Assembly (NCBI RefSeq): GCF_000181795.1
Contig: NW_003526941.1
Span: 9,972,493 to 10,036,492 of the forward strand
Reading direction: 5' to 3'
DNA: 64,000 nt
DNA from: Trichinella spiralis
Taxonomy: Eukaryota
Numbering within the stretch: the stretch's first letter is position 1; every line of letters begins with the position of its first letter. Below are positions 31,601-44,231 of the stretch, one piece after another. The translations under genes and the position numbers were made by a program. The notes beneath the pieces are model-generated. The model saw only the letters and a program-made list of their open reading frames with translations, was not told the origin of the DNA and searched no databases.

Positions 31601-34600
31601 GCCAAGTTGGCTTCACCAGATGAAGTTTGTTATCGCGTTTTGATACAGATGTGCGGTTTGTATGAAAATCCAATATTGGCTGTGAAAGTGTTCGTCAGTA
31701 TGAATCAGAACGGAGTTCGACCGAATGCCGTCACCTATGGTATCTACAACCGTGCGGTGCTCGAAGCAAAATGGCCCGGCGTTGGCGGCGGTCTGCCAGC
31801 ACAGAAGCGTTGGGCGTTGTTGCGCAACGTGATTCACGCGATCGCGTTGATGCAGCGTGGACATTTGATACCAAATTCCGCTTCTCAGTCGGGCCGGTCG
31901 CACAACATCCGGATACTTGCCAAAAACAACATCCCGCTGCATCGTATTCCAAATCCAGACCCAGCCGATGATGCAATGACCAAAACGCATTCTGTGAGTG
32001 TTTTTTTATTAATTGTAAGGGAGAAATTTGTTTGATTTTTCTTTCTTTTTTTTCTTCAGATGACAGATGTCTCACAAAAATCCAAGATACAAGACGACGA
32101 CAATGATGATGTGGTTGTGGAGAAGCGAGAAAATTGTTTGGAATATAATGAAAGTTGTATTGGTAGAAATGACAGTTTGACAACAGTTTCAGATACGGAT
32201 TTGATGCCAATGAAAGAAGAAGAAGAGAAAAAGCTATATCCAACGCTGCAACAGTTTAATAGTCAAATAAAGTTGTGTGACAATTTCTCTGATCATGACG
32301 GTTGTCATGAAAAAGATGTGGATGAAAAGAATATTTACAAAAAGGAATTGGATAATTTTTCTTCGTCAGCAGTTATGCAGTCTGAAATTGCAGCAGTTGA
32401 TGATGATAATTTTATGGATGGTCGTCATCCGTTGGAAATTGACATTGACGAACAACAGCAGCAGTTTGAAATTATGAAAATGGACAATGCACAACAACCA
32501 GATGGTGTTGAAATGAAATTGTCTAGTCCCACTGGACGGCCGTTGGATAAATACGATTGTACTTTGAGACCTTTGTTTGTCGACGAGCCCAGAACACCCC
32601 AAATTCAGCAGAAAGCTTCTTCGAAACATTCTTACAGTGGAAGTGGTTTGTCTCGTTTTGGTCGACAAAGTATGAGAGATTTTTTCACTCGAATTAACGA
32701 AGTTGCCACCCCAGTTTCACGTTTTGTAAAGACATCACGTCATGCGGACAATAATACCATACATATTCAAGAATCGAAAGCACCAGAAGAAGATATAAGT
32801 ATAAAATGATGAAATTATTGAAAAATAATACGTGTATAGTGTAATAATGGTTGTATTTATTGTTGTTGTTGTTGTAGACGTTACTGCTTCGGATAATTTG
32901 CGCAGTCCAAGTTTATCATCAGAACGATCATTTGCTTTGTCACCATATTTGTCTGATCGGTTGTCCAATTCGTTTGCTGAAGCGCAGAACAAAATGTTTT
33001 CAAAAATGAGCCAATTTCAAAAAAATTCCGATAGTTTTGCAAAGCTGAAATCTGGAATGTCGTCTATGGTTCATGGAATACGAAATTTCAAATCGCTCAA
33101 TCATCTCAGCGGTCAAGTTCGAGGTAGTTGGAGTTCGTTGAATTTAAATGATAGCAATGCTAATTGCAATACCAACAATAACAACAAATCAGAAGAACGT
33201 TCATCCATAGATGATGGTTATGCAACAAAAGTATTTCTCCTTTTCCACACATAACTCTTATTATTTGATTTATTAATAATAGTAATTTATAGAACACTTG
33301 TCATGGTTGTACTGATGAATACAGTGGAAAAAAGGAATTACCATTGGACGATCCAGCTTTTGCTCTCAGTTCAGGAATGGTAAATCGAATGTTAAATTTC
33401 AGTGCCATGAACGGCAATGATGGAGGTTTATCTTCTTATCAAGTGGAAGTTTTACTTTGTACAACGTCACGATGTCCGTCGTGCAAGTATCTCGTTTACG
33501 ACGATGAAATTATGGCCGGTTGGTCGGCGGATGATTCTGAATTGAATACTACATGTCCATTTTGTGGTTGGTATTTATTTTACTTATTTATATTTATATT
33601 TGTGTATGTGTATGAAAAAAGTTCGATTAATTTCAGATATGAAATTTGTACCAAAATTGACTGCAGTTTTACAACCGCTCAGATCGTTGGCTTTGAACAG
33701 TTGGTATGTGAAAGAAAGTGCCAACGGTGCAGAGACGACAATTGCCGAAGACGAAATTGATGATGAAGATGAAATGGACAACGTTCAAGATGGAGCGCAA
33801 AAAAGGGACAAAGAGAAAATATCAGTATCCGAAGGCTGTTCGAAAAGTTTGGACGCTTTGCATGGTTTCGGTAGTGGCAGTAGCACCGGTGGAGGTGGTG
33901 GTGGTGTTTCGACGAAAGGGTACCATCATCATCATCAGTGGTCGAAGATGAGTCGACAGATTTCTTTATCGTATGGAAATTTTTTTACCACATTTGGCCG
34001 CAGTTCCACCAAGCGACCGTCGTCCAGGCAGCGTATGGTCAGCCGACAGCTGTTCCGGGAAACTGACGACGTTGGTGGACGTCCCAACAAACCGGGCTCG
34101 TTTCCATCACTTGGCCGAGAAGTGGAGAACGGCAACGTAGTTGACGACCAGAAGCGGCACGTGATCACGGTCCATTATTTGAATTTGATCGTTCTTCGCA
34201 AAGCGTTGGAAAATGTGGTCATCAGCGATGGTGACGGCGTGTTGACGTTGGACGAATTTTTGGAAACCAAACCGATACTATTTTGGAATTTGGTCTACGT
34301 ATTCCAACGTCTCGGCGTGCCGACGCATTTGGTTTCTTGCGCCGGCCGATTTTACGTGTCGAAATTTTACGGTGACGTGCCAGAGCCAACAACGCCCGGC
34401 GTGACGGTGCGCTGCGTGCACGAATTGCCCACACTTTTGCATGCGGATACCGACGACGATGGTCAACAACAAGCCTGCGGCTACAATCACTGGCCCAAGC
34501 CGGTCTATTGGTCACTTGCGGAACAGGCGGGTGTGGTCGAATTGGCCAGTCTGGTATCGGCCGAACATCGGTTCGTCACCAGAACTTTGGTGGGACAAAT

Positions 34601-34916
34601 TGTCGAAAGTTTATCCAATCAAAATTTAACCACACCCTTGCAATTGTTGATCAACGAATACCGGCGTCAAGCGTCTCGTGGCACGTCGCCAACCCTCTGC
34701 TTGCCCAAACATTTTTCCATGTACAGGGACATGCTTTTCGTCGCTCTGTTGCAATTTGGCAAGAAGCTGCGTGTCGACGAATTCGATCTGCGCTACAGAG
34801 CTGCTTTTGGCAAATTGTCACCGAAAATTGCCGCCCTTCTTCCGATCCACGATCATCCGCCCACTTTGTCAGCTATCGCTTGCAGGCTCGTCTTCATACC
34901 ACTCGATGTACTCTGA
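27472..34916 (+). CDS. DENND4: DENND4 / CRAG Rab GEF (MABP + uDENN/DENN/dDENN + PPR-like region)
   Basis: Exon 1 27472-27633 ([11 protein letters not shown]...APITDIAVI), resuming at 29182 ([24 protein letters not shown]). Motifs [84 protein letters not shown] 75-nt in-frame intron (29879-29953) is hidden inside the 761-aa ORF. Confidence 0.95.
28558..28601. repeat. (AT)16 followed by a short GTAT repeat in DENND4 intron 1
   Basis: Direct reading. Confidence 0.92.
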
Positions 34917-35911
34917 TCGACCTTATTGGTATTGTAATTTGTAATATTTTTTTTTATTATTTTGAAATAATTACCTCTTTTTATTTGTTGCTTGTTAGTT
35001 AGTTAGTTTTTTGTTGTTTTTATCATTGTTAGGTCATGTATGATGTTGTTGATGACGGGAACAATATTTTACAGTTGATAGATCGTTTTATTTTTTTTAT
35101 GTAAAAATTCTCTTTTATTAATTTATTTACTTTTGCTAATTTTATATAATTTCAGTTTCATTTTGTTTGTTTTTATCACCATTTTAATGACAGATCGATA
35201 GTAAGAGATATATATACATACGTCAAGTCGATGTAGTGATTATTTTAAATGCGATCCACTTTTTTTGTTTATCTATCATTCACTACTACTTTTGCTGCTT
35301 CTTGCAAACTGACGTGCGCAATCCATGCATGGTTGACAAACGGTCCAACATCCCATCCCAACACCACCTCTGTTTTGTGTTTTATAACGGTGATTTTGCT
35401 TTCTCTGTTCAACGTATTGTATTTTTTTATTCACTTTCATCATTGTGTGCATCAGTGATGACGTGAATTAAAAAGAAAAAGGTGAAAATTTTCCCATTTT
35501 TTATATTACAAAATTAACATTTGCTCATATTTTGTGCAATCGACAAATTGCGCAGTTATCCACTCACTGACTGACTGTATATTTTATTATTATTATTATT
35601 ATGGTTGTTGTTGTTGTTCTTGTTTTCCGTATGTGAGACATTTGAAGAACAATCGTTGAGATTTGTTTGCAACGAAAATTGCTGTCAAAGTTGTAAAAAG
35701 AAATATTTTCAATTGCAAGAAATAAATTTGTTTTTTCTTTTTTTTTATAAAATCAAATAATGAAAATATAATTAATATATATATAATATTTAATGTTTAT
35801 TAATAATGATGATGATGATAATATGAATTTGTATAATAAAAGATGAAATTTATATAAAGATATATAGATAAGTACATTAGTTGTTTAGTTAATTGAAAAA
35901 GTGGTCAATTT

Positions 35912-36289
35912 TTAAGGATTGTAATGGATTTTGATCTTGCGACGACGCAACAAAGCGTCGCCTTTTAACAGATCTATTGAAAATGGTGTTTCGGGTTCCA
36001 CTTCACACCATTCAAAAATGATAGAATCGCCGTCCTGCTTTGCCATTTGGGGATGTCGAACTGGTGCGGATAAAATTTTCACCATCATCTGAGTGCCGGG
36101 TTGTAAAATGCTACCCGGCGGATCAGCATTCAAACGAGTACGGTTGTTGGTCTTGATTGCCCAAGCAACTGGATGTCTACCGGGATTGCGTAGACGGACC
36201 GACTGCGACTTCACCTCGTCAAAAGGACCATTGAAAAACAAGCAAGAAGATGGTTCGATAATAATATCGTGCGGAATTTCGTTCTTCAT
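35912..36289 (-). CDS. Major sperm protein-like (stand-alone MSP domain, 125 aa)
   Basis: Length and motifs track nematode MSP: FNGPFD, AIKTNN, DPP.ILQP, D.I.FEW, GDALLRRRK...YNP C-terminus. No TM segment, so not VAP. Probable 5' UTR intron 36306-36448. Confidence 0.88.
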   Translation of the reverse strand: MKNEIPHDIIIEPSSCLFFNGPFDEVKSQSVRLRNPGRHPVAWAIKTNNRTRLNADPPGSILQPGTQMMVKILSAPVRHPQMAKQDGDSIIFEWCEVEPETPFSIDLLKGDALLRRRKIKIHYNP

Positions 36290-37180
36290 TGTTCTTTTCG
36301 ACAAACTGAAATGCAAACATCCAATTAATATTCATTATTAATCAATTATACCGACAGTTGGACGTTATTGTTTGTTTGTTCAACTGGATGGATGTTTAGC
36401 TTCAGGGTTCGAAGGTAAAAAAACGAGAAAACAGGTTAAACAACTTACCGACCACACCGGACTGCGAACAATCGACAATAAAGTTCTTTTTCGAATAGAA
36501 CGCATGCTGAACTTGGTGAGCGTTTTAAAATTTAAAACTTCAGCTTTAAAATGTCGACTTTAAAAATTTAACAACATACGTGCTTGGTAATTTTATTTTT
36601 AATAATTCAATTTAAACAAATCTAACTAAATTAAATTTTCCCAAAAAACGCAAACAACTTTTCATTTTTCAAAAAAACAAACTTCAACTTACCATAATTT
36701 TTTAATGAAAATCAGGCTTCATTGTTGATCGATAACACAATTATTTCAAGTTTTACAATTTGATCATGGGCATTTTTTGCTCTCAATTTCAAAGCATAAA
36801 TAAAGAAAGATAAGCAAAAAAAATTTTTTTTTGAAATTCGATTCTCAATTATATAAAAAAAGAAACAAGTTCAAAATCATACATATTTAATAAAATAATA
36901 AATTGTTGACACACATAAATAACAATTACAACTTAACCGTTAATTATGATTACTGTATGATACAAATCGACTGTAGGAGCTTTGTTTCAACTATTGCATT
37001 AATAAAATAATAAGCAGTAGAACCCAGTGTATTTATTTCAAAAAGCATACGCTGACTTAACCTTACGTGCAAGGATTTCACAAACTTAATAATTAACGAG
37101 CATTCATTATTCTGCTTATCGTAGTTTTGCTTAAGTAGTTTGCAGAACGCACGCATAAAGACAGGCAGTCTTTAAAAAGT

Positions 37181-37840
37181 TCATGCCATAAATATGGAAA
37201 TCATACTGAAAAAAAATACTGTTATAAACTAATGAATAAAGACAAGTTATCAATTAATATTACCTGTATATGTAGTAGAAAAACGAGATAGTGTAAAATG
37301 CAAGCTTTATCCAACCTTCACGCAAAGCTTTTCTCAGATTGTCAGCATTCAATATTGTGGTTGGATCGTAAATGCCAGGAGCGCTCATTATCGGACGATT
37401 CAGATAGCTGTGTCGAGCAGTTCAATTGCAGAAAATGTAAATTACAAACCGTTAACTGCAAATGTAAGCCTCACCGATGAATATGATAGGACAGTAATGG
37501 AACATTCCACATCAGCGAACCAAATTGCATGGATAGCAGAAACAAAATGTTGATAAGCAAATGTGACCCATACTCGGGAATGATCAGCTTAAACATACTG
37601 CTTAAGTTTTATTACATTACAAATGCATGCAATTGACCAACCGGATTCAAACAGTTACAATGCTCAATTGGTGATCTGTAATCTGTTTTCAGTTCTTCAA
37701 ACGTAATTACCTATAAATCCATTTTTACACAATTTGATAAGCATTAAGAATAATTTTACCTGATAAATTGCGTGAAAAATCAAGAAAATTGTAATAATAA
37801 CTGCAACTATATATGCAACTGCAGCAAAGTTGAAAGCCAT
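37181..37840 (-). CDS. cni: Cornichon (ER cargo receptor), 5 exons
   Basis: MAFNFAAVAYI...FEELKTDYRSPIEHCNCLNP|LIIPEY...NVPLLSYH...YDPTTILN...EGWIKLAFY...YIYSMI. Exons are 81, 69, 113, 144 nt plus a short last exon. Confidence 0.96.
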
Positions 37841-38163
37841 TGTAACAACAAATGCATAATATATATTTAAACTTTGATCAACTTTGAAAATACAGTACGA
37901 CACTTCGGGTTAGGTTTTTCAAAGGTTAGAAAGCTGATTTTAAATTAAGTTATTCATATTAAATAAATATTAAATGATATTTTATAATAAATATCTAAAT
38001 AGAGTGCTCTTTTTTAAGAAAAAATTCTTCATAAAATACGTTGCTTTTAGTGACAGCATTAAAGTACAATTCGAAATATGCAGGTTCCTTTTCGATATTG
38101 TAAACTTTTTTTAGTTGGACCACTTGCAGTGACTAGATCTTTGAAACAGTGAAGAGAGCAGTC
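37841..38163. promoter_or_regulatory. Probable bidirectional promoter between cornichon and PARP1
   Basis: Head-to-head ATGs only 323 nt apart with an AT-rich core. Function is inferred from geometry. Confidence 0.55.
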
Positions 38164-39197
38164 ATGAATAATATTGAATGGAAATTCAAAGCGGAATATG
38201 CAAAGAGTAATAGATCTGAATGCAGATTTTGTCACTCAAAAATTAAATACAATGAATTGCGGTTGGCGATTATGGTTCAGGTTTGAAATTTCTTGTTTTA
38301 ATATATAGTTTTGTTTTATTATTTACATTTATTCAAGAGCACATTCTTTGATGGTCGTATTCCAACTTGGTATCATTACGACTGCTTCTGGAATTGTACA
38401 AAAGTTCTTTCAGAAGAAGATTTTCCTGGCCTAGATAATCTGAGATGGAATGACCAAGAAAAGATTCGAAAGCGTATACAAGGCAAGTCTGTTATTTTGT
38501 TTACATTATCAGAGTTAGTTCTGTTTAATATATTTAAATATTACATTTCATATTGTTTAGTTAATTTTTTGTAACCGATTGAAATATTTTCGTGTAAGTT
38601 CTCAAACATTGGTTATCGTTTATTGTCATCTTCACTGTTTTGTTTTAGTATGTTTACAAGCAATTTTAAATGAAATTTAATTTTGATAAATCATTTATTT
38701 ACTTTTAAAGAGATATTTTTTCAAGTTAATATTTTTATTTCGTATACATTTTTTTATGCATGAGTATAAAAATCAGTATTCAATAATAATGTTCGATTCA
38801 GATAATCGATATCGATTGCTTACTGTATAAGAAGATGTTCATTTTTATTTATCTATATATTTTTAATATTCCAGATTCTACTGTTTTTAGACGAATTTGT
38901 ATGTATTTTATTTGAATTTGCGTAATTTTAAGCATAATAATAAAAATATGAAATCTAAAACATTTATAGATTTTCAGGTTTTAATTCAGTTTTTTGAAGT
39001 TTACATAATTTAAAAAATTTCATGTGGGATTCAAAGATAATTTTGTTCGTTTAAAATTAAAATATAAAAATATAGATGAATGCAATAATGAAGCTGCAAC
39101 AAAATCTTATGAAATGTTGGAAATATCAGTTGATCGGCCTATTCGGTCATCATCATGTGCATTATGTCGAAAGAAAGTGGTAATTGTTGAATAATTT

Positions 39198-39232
<35 letters not shown>

Positions 39233-42200
39233 GTTTTTTTAAAAATACATTTTAATCTGTTTTAGCAATCTGTTCGAATGCATGTGATAAAAGGCAATCG
39301 AAAAACGAGGAAAAGTTATGATATCGATTGTTTTTTCAATACATTTGATTCAGTAGATGTACTTCAAAATTTAACCGTAGACAAGTAAATGTTTCTTGCT
39401 TGTTTAATCTTCTTTTTACCATTCTCCATTTTGTAGAATAAAAGATTTTCATTTGTTGCCGGTTGATTGTCAACAGGATATTCAAAATAGACTACAGTAT
39501 GTATACTGATTTGAATTTTCTTTTTTGTTTTTTCAATATTCTTTTTTTATTTATTATAATTTTGAGAAAAAGGAAGATTAAAATTGATAGTGAGCATGAA
39601 AAGAAGAAGCGAAAAGGAGGAGAAGAAGAAGAAGAAACTTCGAATTCAAATGGAAAATGTTGTTCAAATGCGGAGAAAGAAAAGGAAATGCTTAATGTGA
39701 GTGTGCAGTTTAAATGTGCATGTGTAAAATTTGAAGAAGTTCTTGTTTTCTTAGATTCAGTGTGATAAATTTTGGGAAATAAAAGATAATTTACGTAATA
39801 ATTTGACTAAACGTGAAATGGAAAAATTGTTGCTCCACAATGGACAACAAATTAATAAGAAGAGAGAGTTCGAGGTGAATTTCTTTAAATTTTTATTCAA
39901 ATAAACAACTATAAAAATTACTCGTTAAGATTATTAGCCATTTGGCTGACTGTATCATGTTTGGTCCTTTGGAACCATGTCCAGCGTGTGAGCGAGGTCA
40001 GTTGTTCTTCAGGTAATTAATATTGCATATATTATTTTTGAAATTGAATTATATTTCAATTTGTTGATATTATTAGCTCGAGATACAATTCATATTTGTG
40101 CGGCGGTAACGTTAGCGTTTGGACAAAGTGTAAATATTCTACTCAAAAGCCGGCAAGGAAAAAATTTACAATTCCTGAATTGTTGAGCAATAATAATTAT
40201 TTGTAAGGAATTTTTTTAACGAGTGTTTTTTTTATATGATGCTGCCTGTGTTGTAGAAAATGTTTGCCAAAGGATGGTGAGCATTCGGAGCGGTTGTTTT
40301 CATCAAGGCGACCATTGATCAGCAATCTGTTGAGAGGAATTAATTTTTTCATTCAACCAGATTTGCATGATGTGAAAAGGAATATTGAAAAATTGGGCGG
40401 AACGATTGTTGCTCAGTTGACCGGCAAAGTGATGTTAGCCATTTTTTCTGAAGCTGCGTTGCACGGTGAGAGCTGTTTTAAAAATTTTGTTCTGAAAATG
40501 TCCGAAAAGCGAATTGCTTGCGTTTCTGACGACTTCGTCGACCAAATTCAAAGTATTCCATTGCACGACGCGTTGGCGAAATGTAAAATTAATTCCTGGG
40601 ATGCTGACAGTGTAATAAGGCGCCAAAAAAAAGAAAATGAATAATAATTGCTGATTTTCTTTTTTCTTTATTCATATCAATAGATTGAAGTGAAACGTGA
40701 TCAAATTGGATATGCTTCTTTGGAAAAAACAATGCCAGGTTCAATTTTATTAAAAATTACAATTCGTTTGTGCAAGGTTGTTTTTTTCAGGAAGTTCGAA
40801 GAGAAAAAAAATTGGACAAAATTTTGATAATGAAAAAGTGATAATCAAAGGTGGAGGAGCTGTGCATGCGTGTTCAGGTATTTTTTTCTTGCTATTTATT
40901 CTTTTCTATTGTTTATGCATATTTTTTGAAAGGATTGCATGAAATTGCCCACGTTTATCAACAAAATGGAAAAGCTTATGATGTTGTTTTGAATGCTGTT
41001 GATGTGAACTCTGGAAGAAATTCATTTTATAAATTGCAAATTTTGAAACACGATCATTCGAATGAGTATAATTGTTTCTTTTTTGCATTTTTATGCTCAT
41101 ATATTTTCGTATGTATTGATTTATTTATTATTAACATGTACGTTCAGATTTTGGGTATCTCGAGCGTGGGGTAGAATTGGCACGACGATTGGTTCGCATT
41201 TGTTGGAAAGTTTTGATACAGCTTCTGAAGCTATTGAATTTTTTTGCGAGTCTGTTTGAAAATTGTTTTGAAATTTTGACACTTTAAATAATAATCACAA
41301 ATGAAATTAGAGTGTATTTGGAGAAGACTGGCAATGAGTGGAATAGTGAAAATTTTGTCAAACATCCGAATAAATTTTACCCAGTTAAAATCGAATATTT
41401 TTCGGTAATCTTTCTATTCTGTTTAATTTGCATAAATTATTGAATAGAAATTTTTTTAATTTTTTTCTTTTATAGAAAATTCCTTCTCCTCCAAAAATAA
41501 GACCAGGCTCCAAGTCGACTTTGCCAAAAGCAGTGAAAGAATTGATGAAATTGATTTTCAGTGTGCAAGCTTTCAAGCATACAATGCTGGAATTTTCAGT
41601 ACAATTGACGCTTTGAAATATTAAATCTTATTCACTGTTGAACACTTTCGTTCAAATGGTATGCATTTTTACAGGTTGACGTGAACAAAATGCCGCTTGG
41701 AAATTTGGCCACCGATCAAATACAGCGTGCTTTTAACATTCTTTCTCAAGTGAAAGAGGTCAGCATTTTTGATTTTTTAAAAAAATATCTTTATATTTAT
41801 TTTTTTCCATACAGATATTAAAGATGGATAATGATCAATTGTCTGAAATGGAGCGATTTATTAAAATTACAGACTACAGCAATCAGTTTTATACGCTTAT
41901 ACCGCACAATTTTGGAATAGAACCACCTACACCTTTGAATACGGAAGATTTGTTAAAAGTGAACTTTCAAAAAATTACTTAAAATTAATTCTTTCTTCTT
42001 TTTTTTTATCTTTTCATTATTCATTATACTAGATCAAGTGGGATTTGCTGGAAAATTTGAAAGAAATTCATACTGCTTATAAAATTTTGCATTGTGATAC
42101 TGGAGATGATGATCCGATGGATGTGCACTATGCGAAGCTTTGCGCCAAAATTGAAGCAATTTTATTTTTATTTTGATGAAAATTCATTTAATTTCACATG

Positions 42201-43214
42201 TGAAATTTTCAATTTGTAGCCTTTATCGAAGAGAAGTGCTGAATACAAACGTATTGTGAAATATGCACGAAACACTCACGCTTTGACGCATGACACGTAT
42301 ACGCTTCAAATAGAAAACGTAATTTTTTATTTTTATTTTTTTGGTACTGTATGGATGTATATTCAATGTAGATTTTGAATTAAATCAGATTTTTGATTAA
42401 GTAATTAATTTTTGTTGAAAATGTTTCATATCAGTGAACTTACTTTGTAAATTTGTATTTTCAGATATTTTCAGTGGATCGCAGTGGAGAGTTAGAACGT
42501 TACGCGGAGTTCAAGAAATTGCATAATCGCATGCTTTTATGGCATGGTAGTCGTTTGAGCAATTTTGTTGGAATAATTAGTCAGGGCTTACGAATTGCTC
42601 CTCCCGAATCTCTGACTGTATGATTTGTTGTGTGCTTTTGAATTTTCATGAAAATTATTTTTTTTTCAGTCTGGTCACATGTTTGGCAAAGGCATCTATT
42701 TTGCAGATATGGTTTCAAAGTCTGCCAATTATTGTAACGCAACTCCAGCAGATCCGTACGGTTTGTTATTATTATGTGAAGTAGCTCTAGGAGACATGTA
42801 CGAGTTGACTGAATCTGAATTTTTGACAAAATTGCCCCGAGGAAAGCATAGCGTGAAAGGTTGTTTGTTAGTTATTATTTTTTCTATTTGATCAAAATAT
42901 TTTCATGTTAAGGTTTGGGAATGAATGTGCCAAATCCTGCACAGGTAGAAATAATTGATGATGGTGTTGTGGTGCCTCTTGGTAAAGCTGTTCAATCAAA
43001 CATAAGAGAGTCCCATTTACAGTATAATGAGTAAGTGTGCTTAACTGAATGACAAATTTTCATTATTGAGCACTTGAACTACACTGTACCAATGCTCAGT
43101 GTGTTCATATATATATATATATAATTGATTGTTGTTCATTTTAGATACGTTATTTACAATGTGAAACAGATGAATATCAAGTACTTGGTGAAAGTGAAAT
43201 TTCAATTCAAATGA
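38164..43214 (+). CDS. PARP1: Poly(ADP-ribose) polymerase 1, about 20 exons
   Basis: Zn1 ([14 protein letters not shown]...WYHYDCF), degenerate Zn2, Zn3 ([10 protein letters not shown]...[13 protein letters not shown]), BRCT, WGR (RAWGRIGT), helical domain ([17 protein letters not shown]), and catalytic [22 protein letters not shown] (H-Y-E triad intact). Confidence 0.96.
39206..39232. repeat. (AT)13 microsatellite in a PARP1 intron
   Basis: Direct reading. Confidence 0.9.
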
Positions 43215-44231
43215 TGCTCGTTCGAGGTGTGACGTGTATTTGTCGATGGAGTTTTTTAAAAGCTTATTTTTTTTCTTTTTTATCCTATTTTTACTTTTAA
43301 TGTCTTGAAGAATTATGTGTAAAGTGAATTCATGCATAGCAAACTGCATAGCCAACTTTGTTCATTTATTTATTTATTTACCGTGCATACTTTTTTTTCC
43401 ACATGTACTCAGGTACAAAATGCTCAACATGAGTAATGGTGATACAGTTGGATGCTGTAAATTTGATAGCATTAAAACAGGTGATTGGTTGCTTACTGTT
43501 ACAATGAATGCAATTTTGTAGTACTTCATAAAAGGTAATAGTATTTTGTCGATTTATGAATGAAAGTGAAATAATAAATTTAAGATTAATAATCATTTAT
43601 TTATTGTGTAATCATTTTTAACGAAAAGTGAAATTAATTTTGAAAGCAACCGATCAACTTGTCTGTTTAATTTATCAACGAACTGCTTAAATTATAATAC
43701 TTTGTACTGAAATGGGGATGGTTATACAATGGACAGTTTTTGAGCGTTCTGATTGGAGAAGGAATTTTCTGTTCTTTACCTTCAAGTTTCAGTTAAAACA
43801 ACTTATAAAAATTATGAAACTTTTAAAGCACAACAATAAGATCTTTTAAGAAAAAATTTCTAAAACATTCTCAATAAGTGCAGCCAATAAAATATTGAGC
43901 TTTCTACGCCAATGGGAATCCTTTGCATGTGAATTATAAAGAACATTTTAAACATCAAAATAAAATTATGAGGGAAATTATATTTTTTTTAAATAAATTT
44001 ATTTTTCGTTTTACAACGCTGTGGGAATGTATCTTAAATGAAGAAAGTGCTAAAAACAAAAAAGAAATATTAATTGAACTTTATTATCATTATAAGTGAC
44101 TGTACTATGTAAGTTCAAGGGTAAAATGCATTGAAAGTCCATAACTTTGAGGGAATCATGTATTTTATTTGCATGTCATTTCCTTTGAAAACAGTTCGTT
44201 TATATGTTTTCCATTTGTGATTATGGTTAGG

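Noticed and set aside
29292..35002. Long antisense and alternate-frame ORFs (up to 247 aa) over DENND4
   Set aside because: Expected shadows of long GC-rich exons; no motifs.
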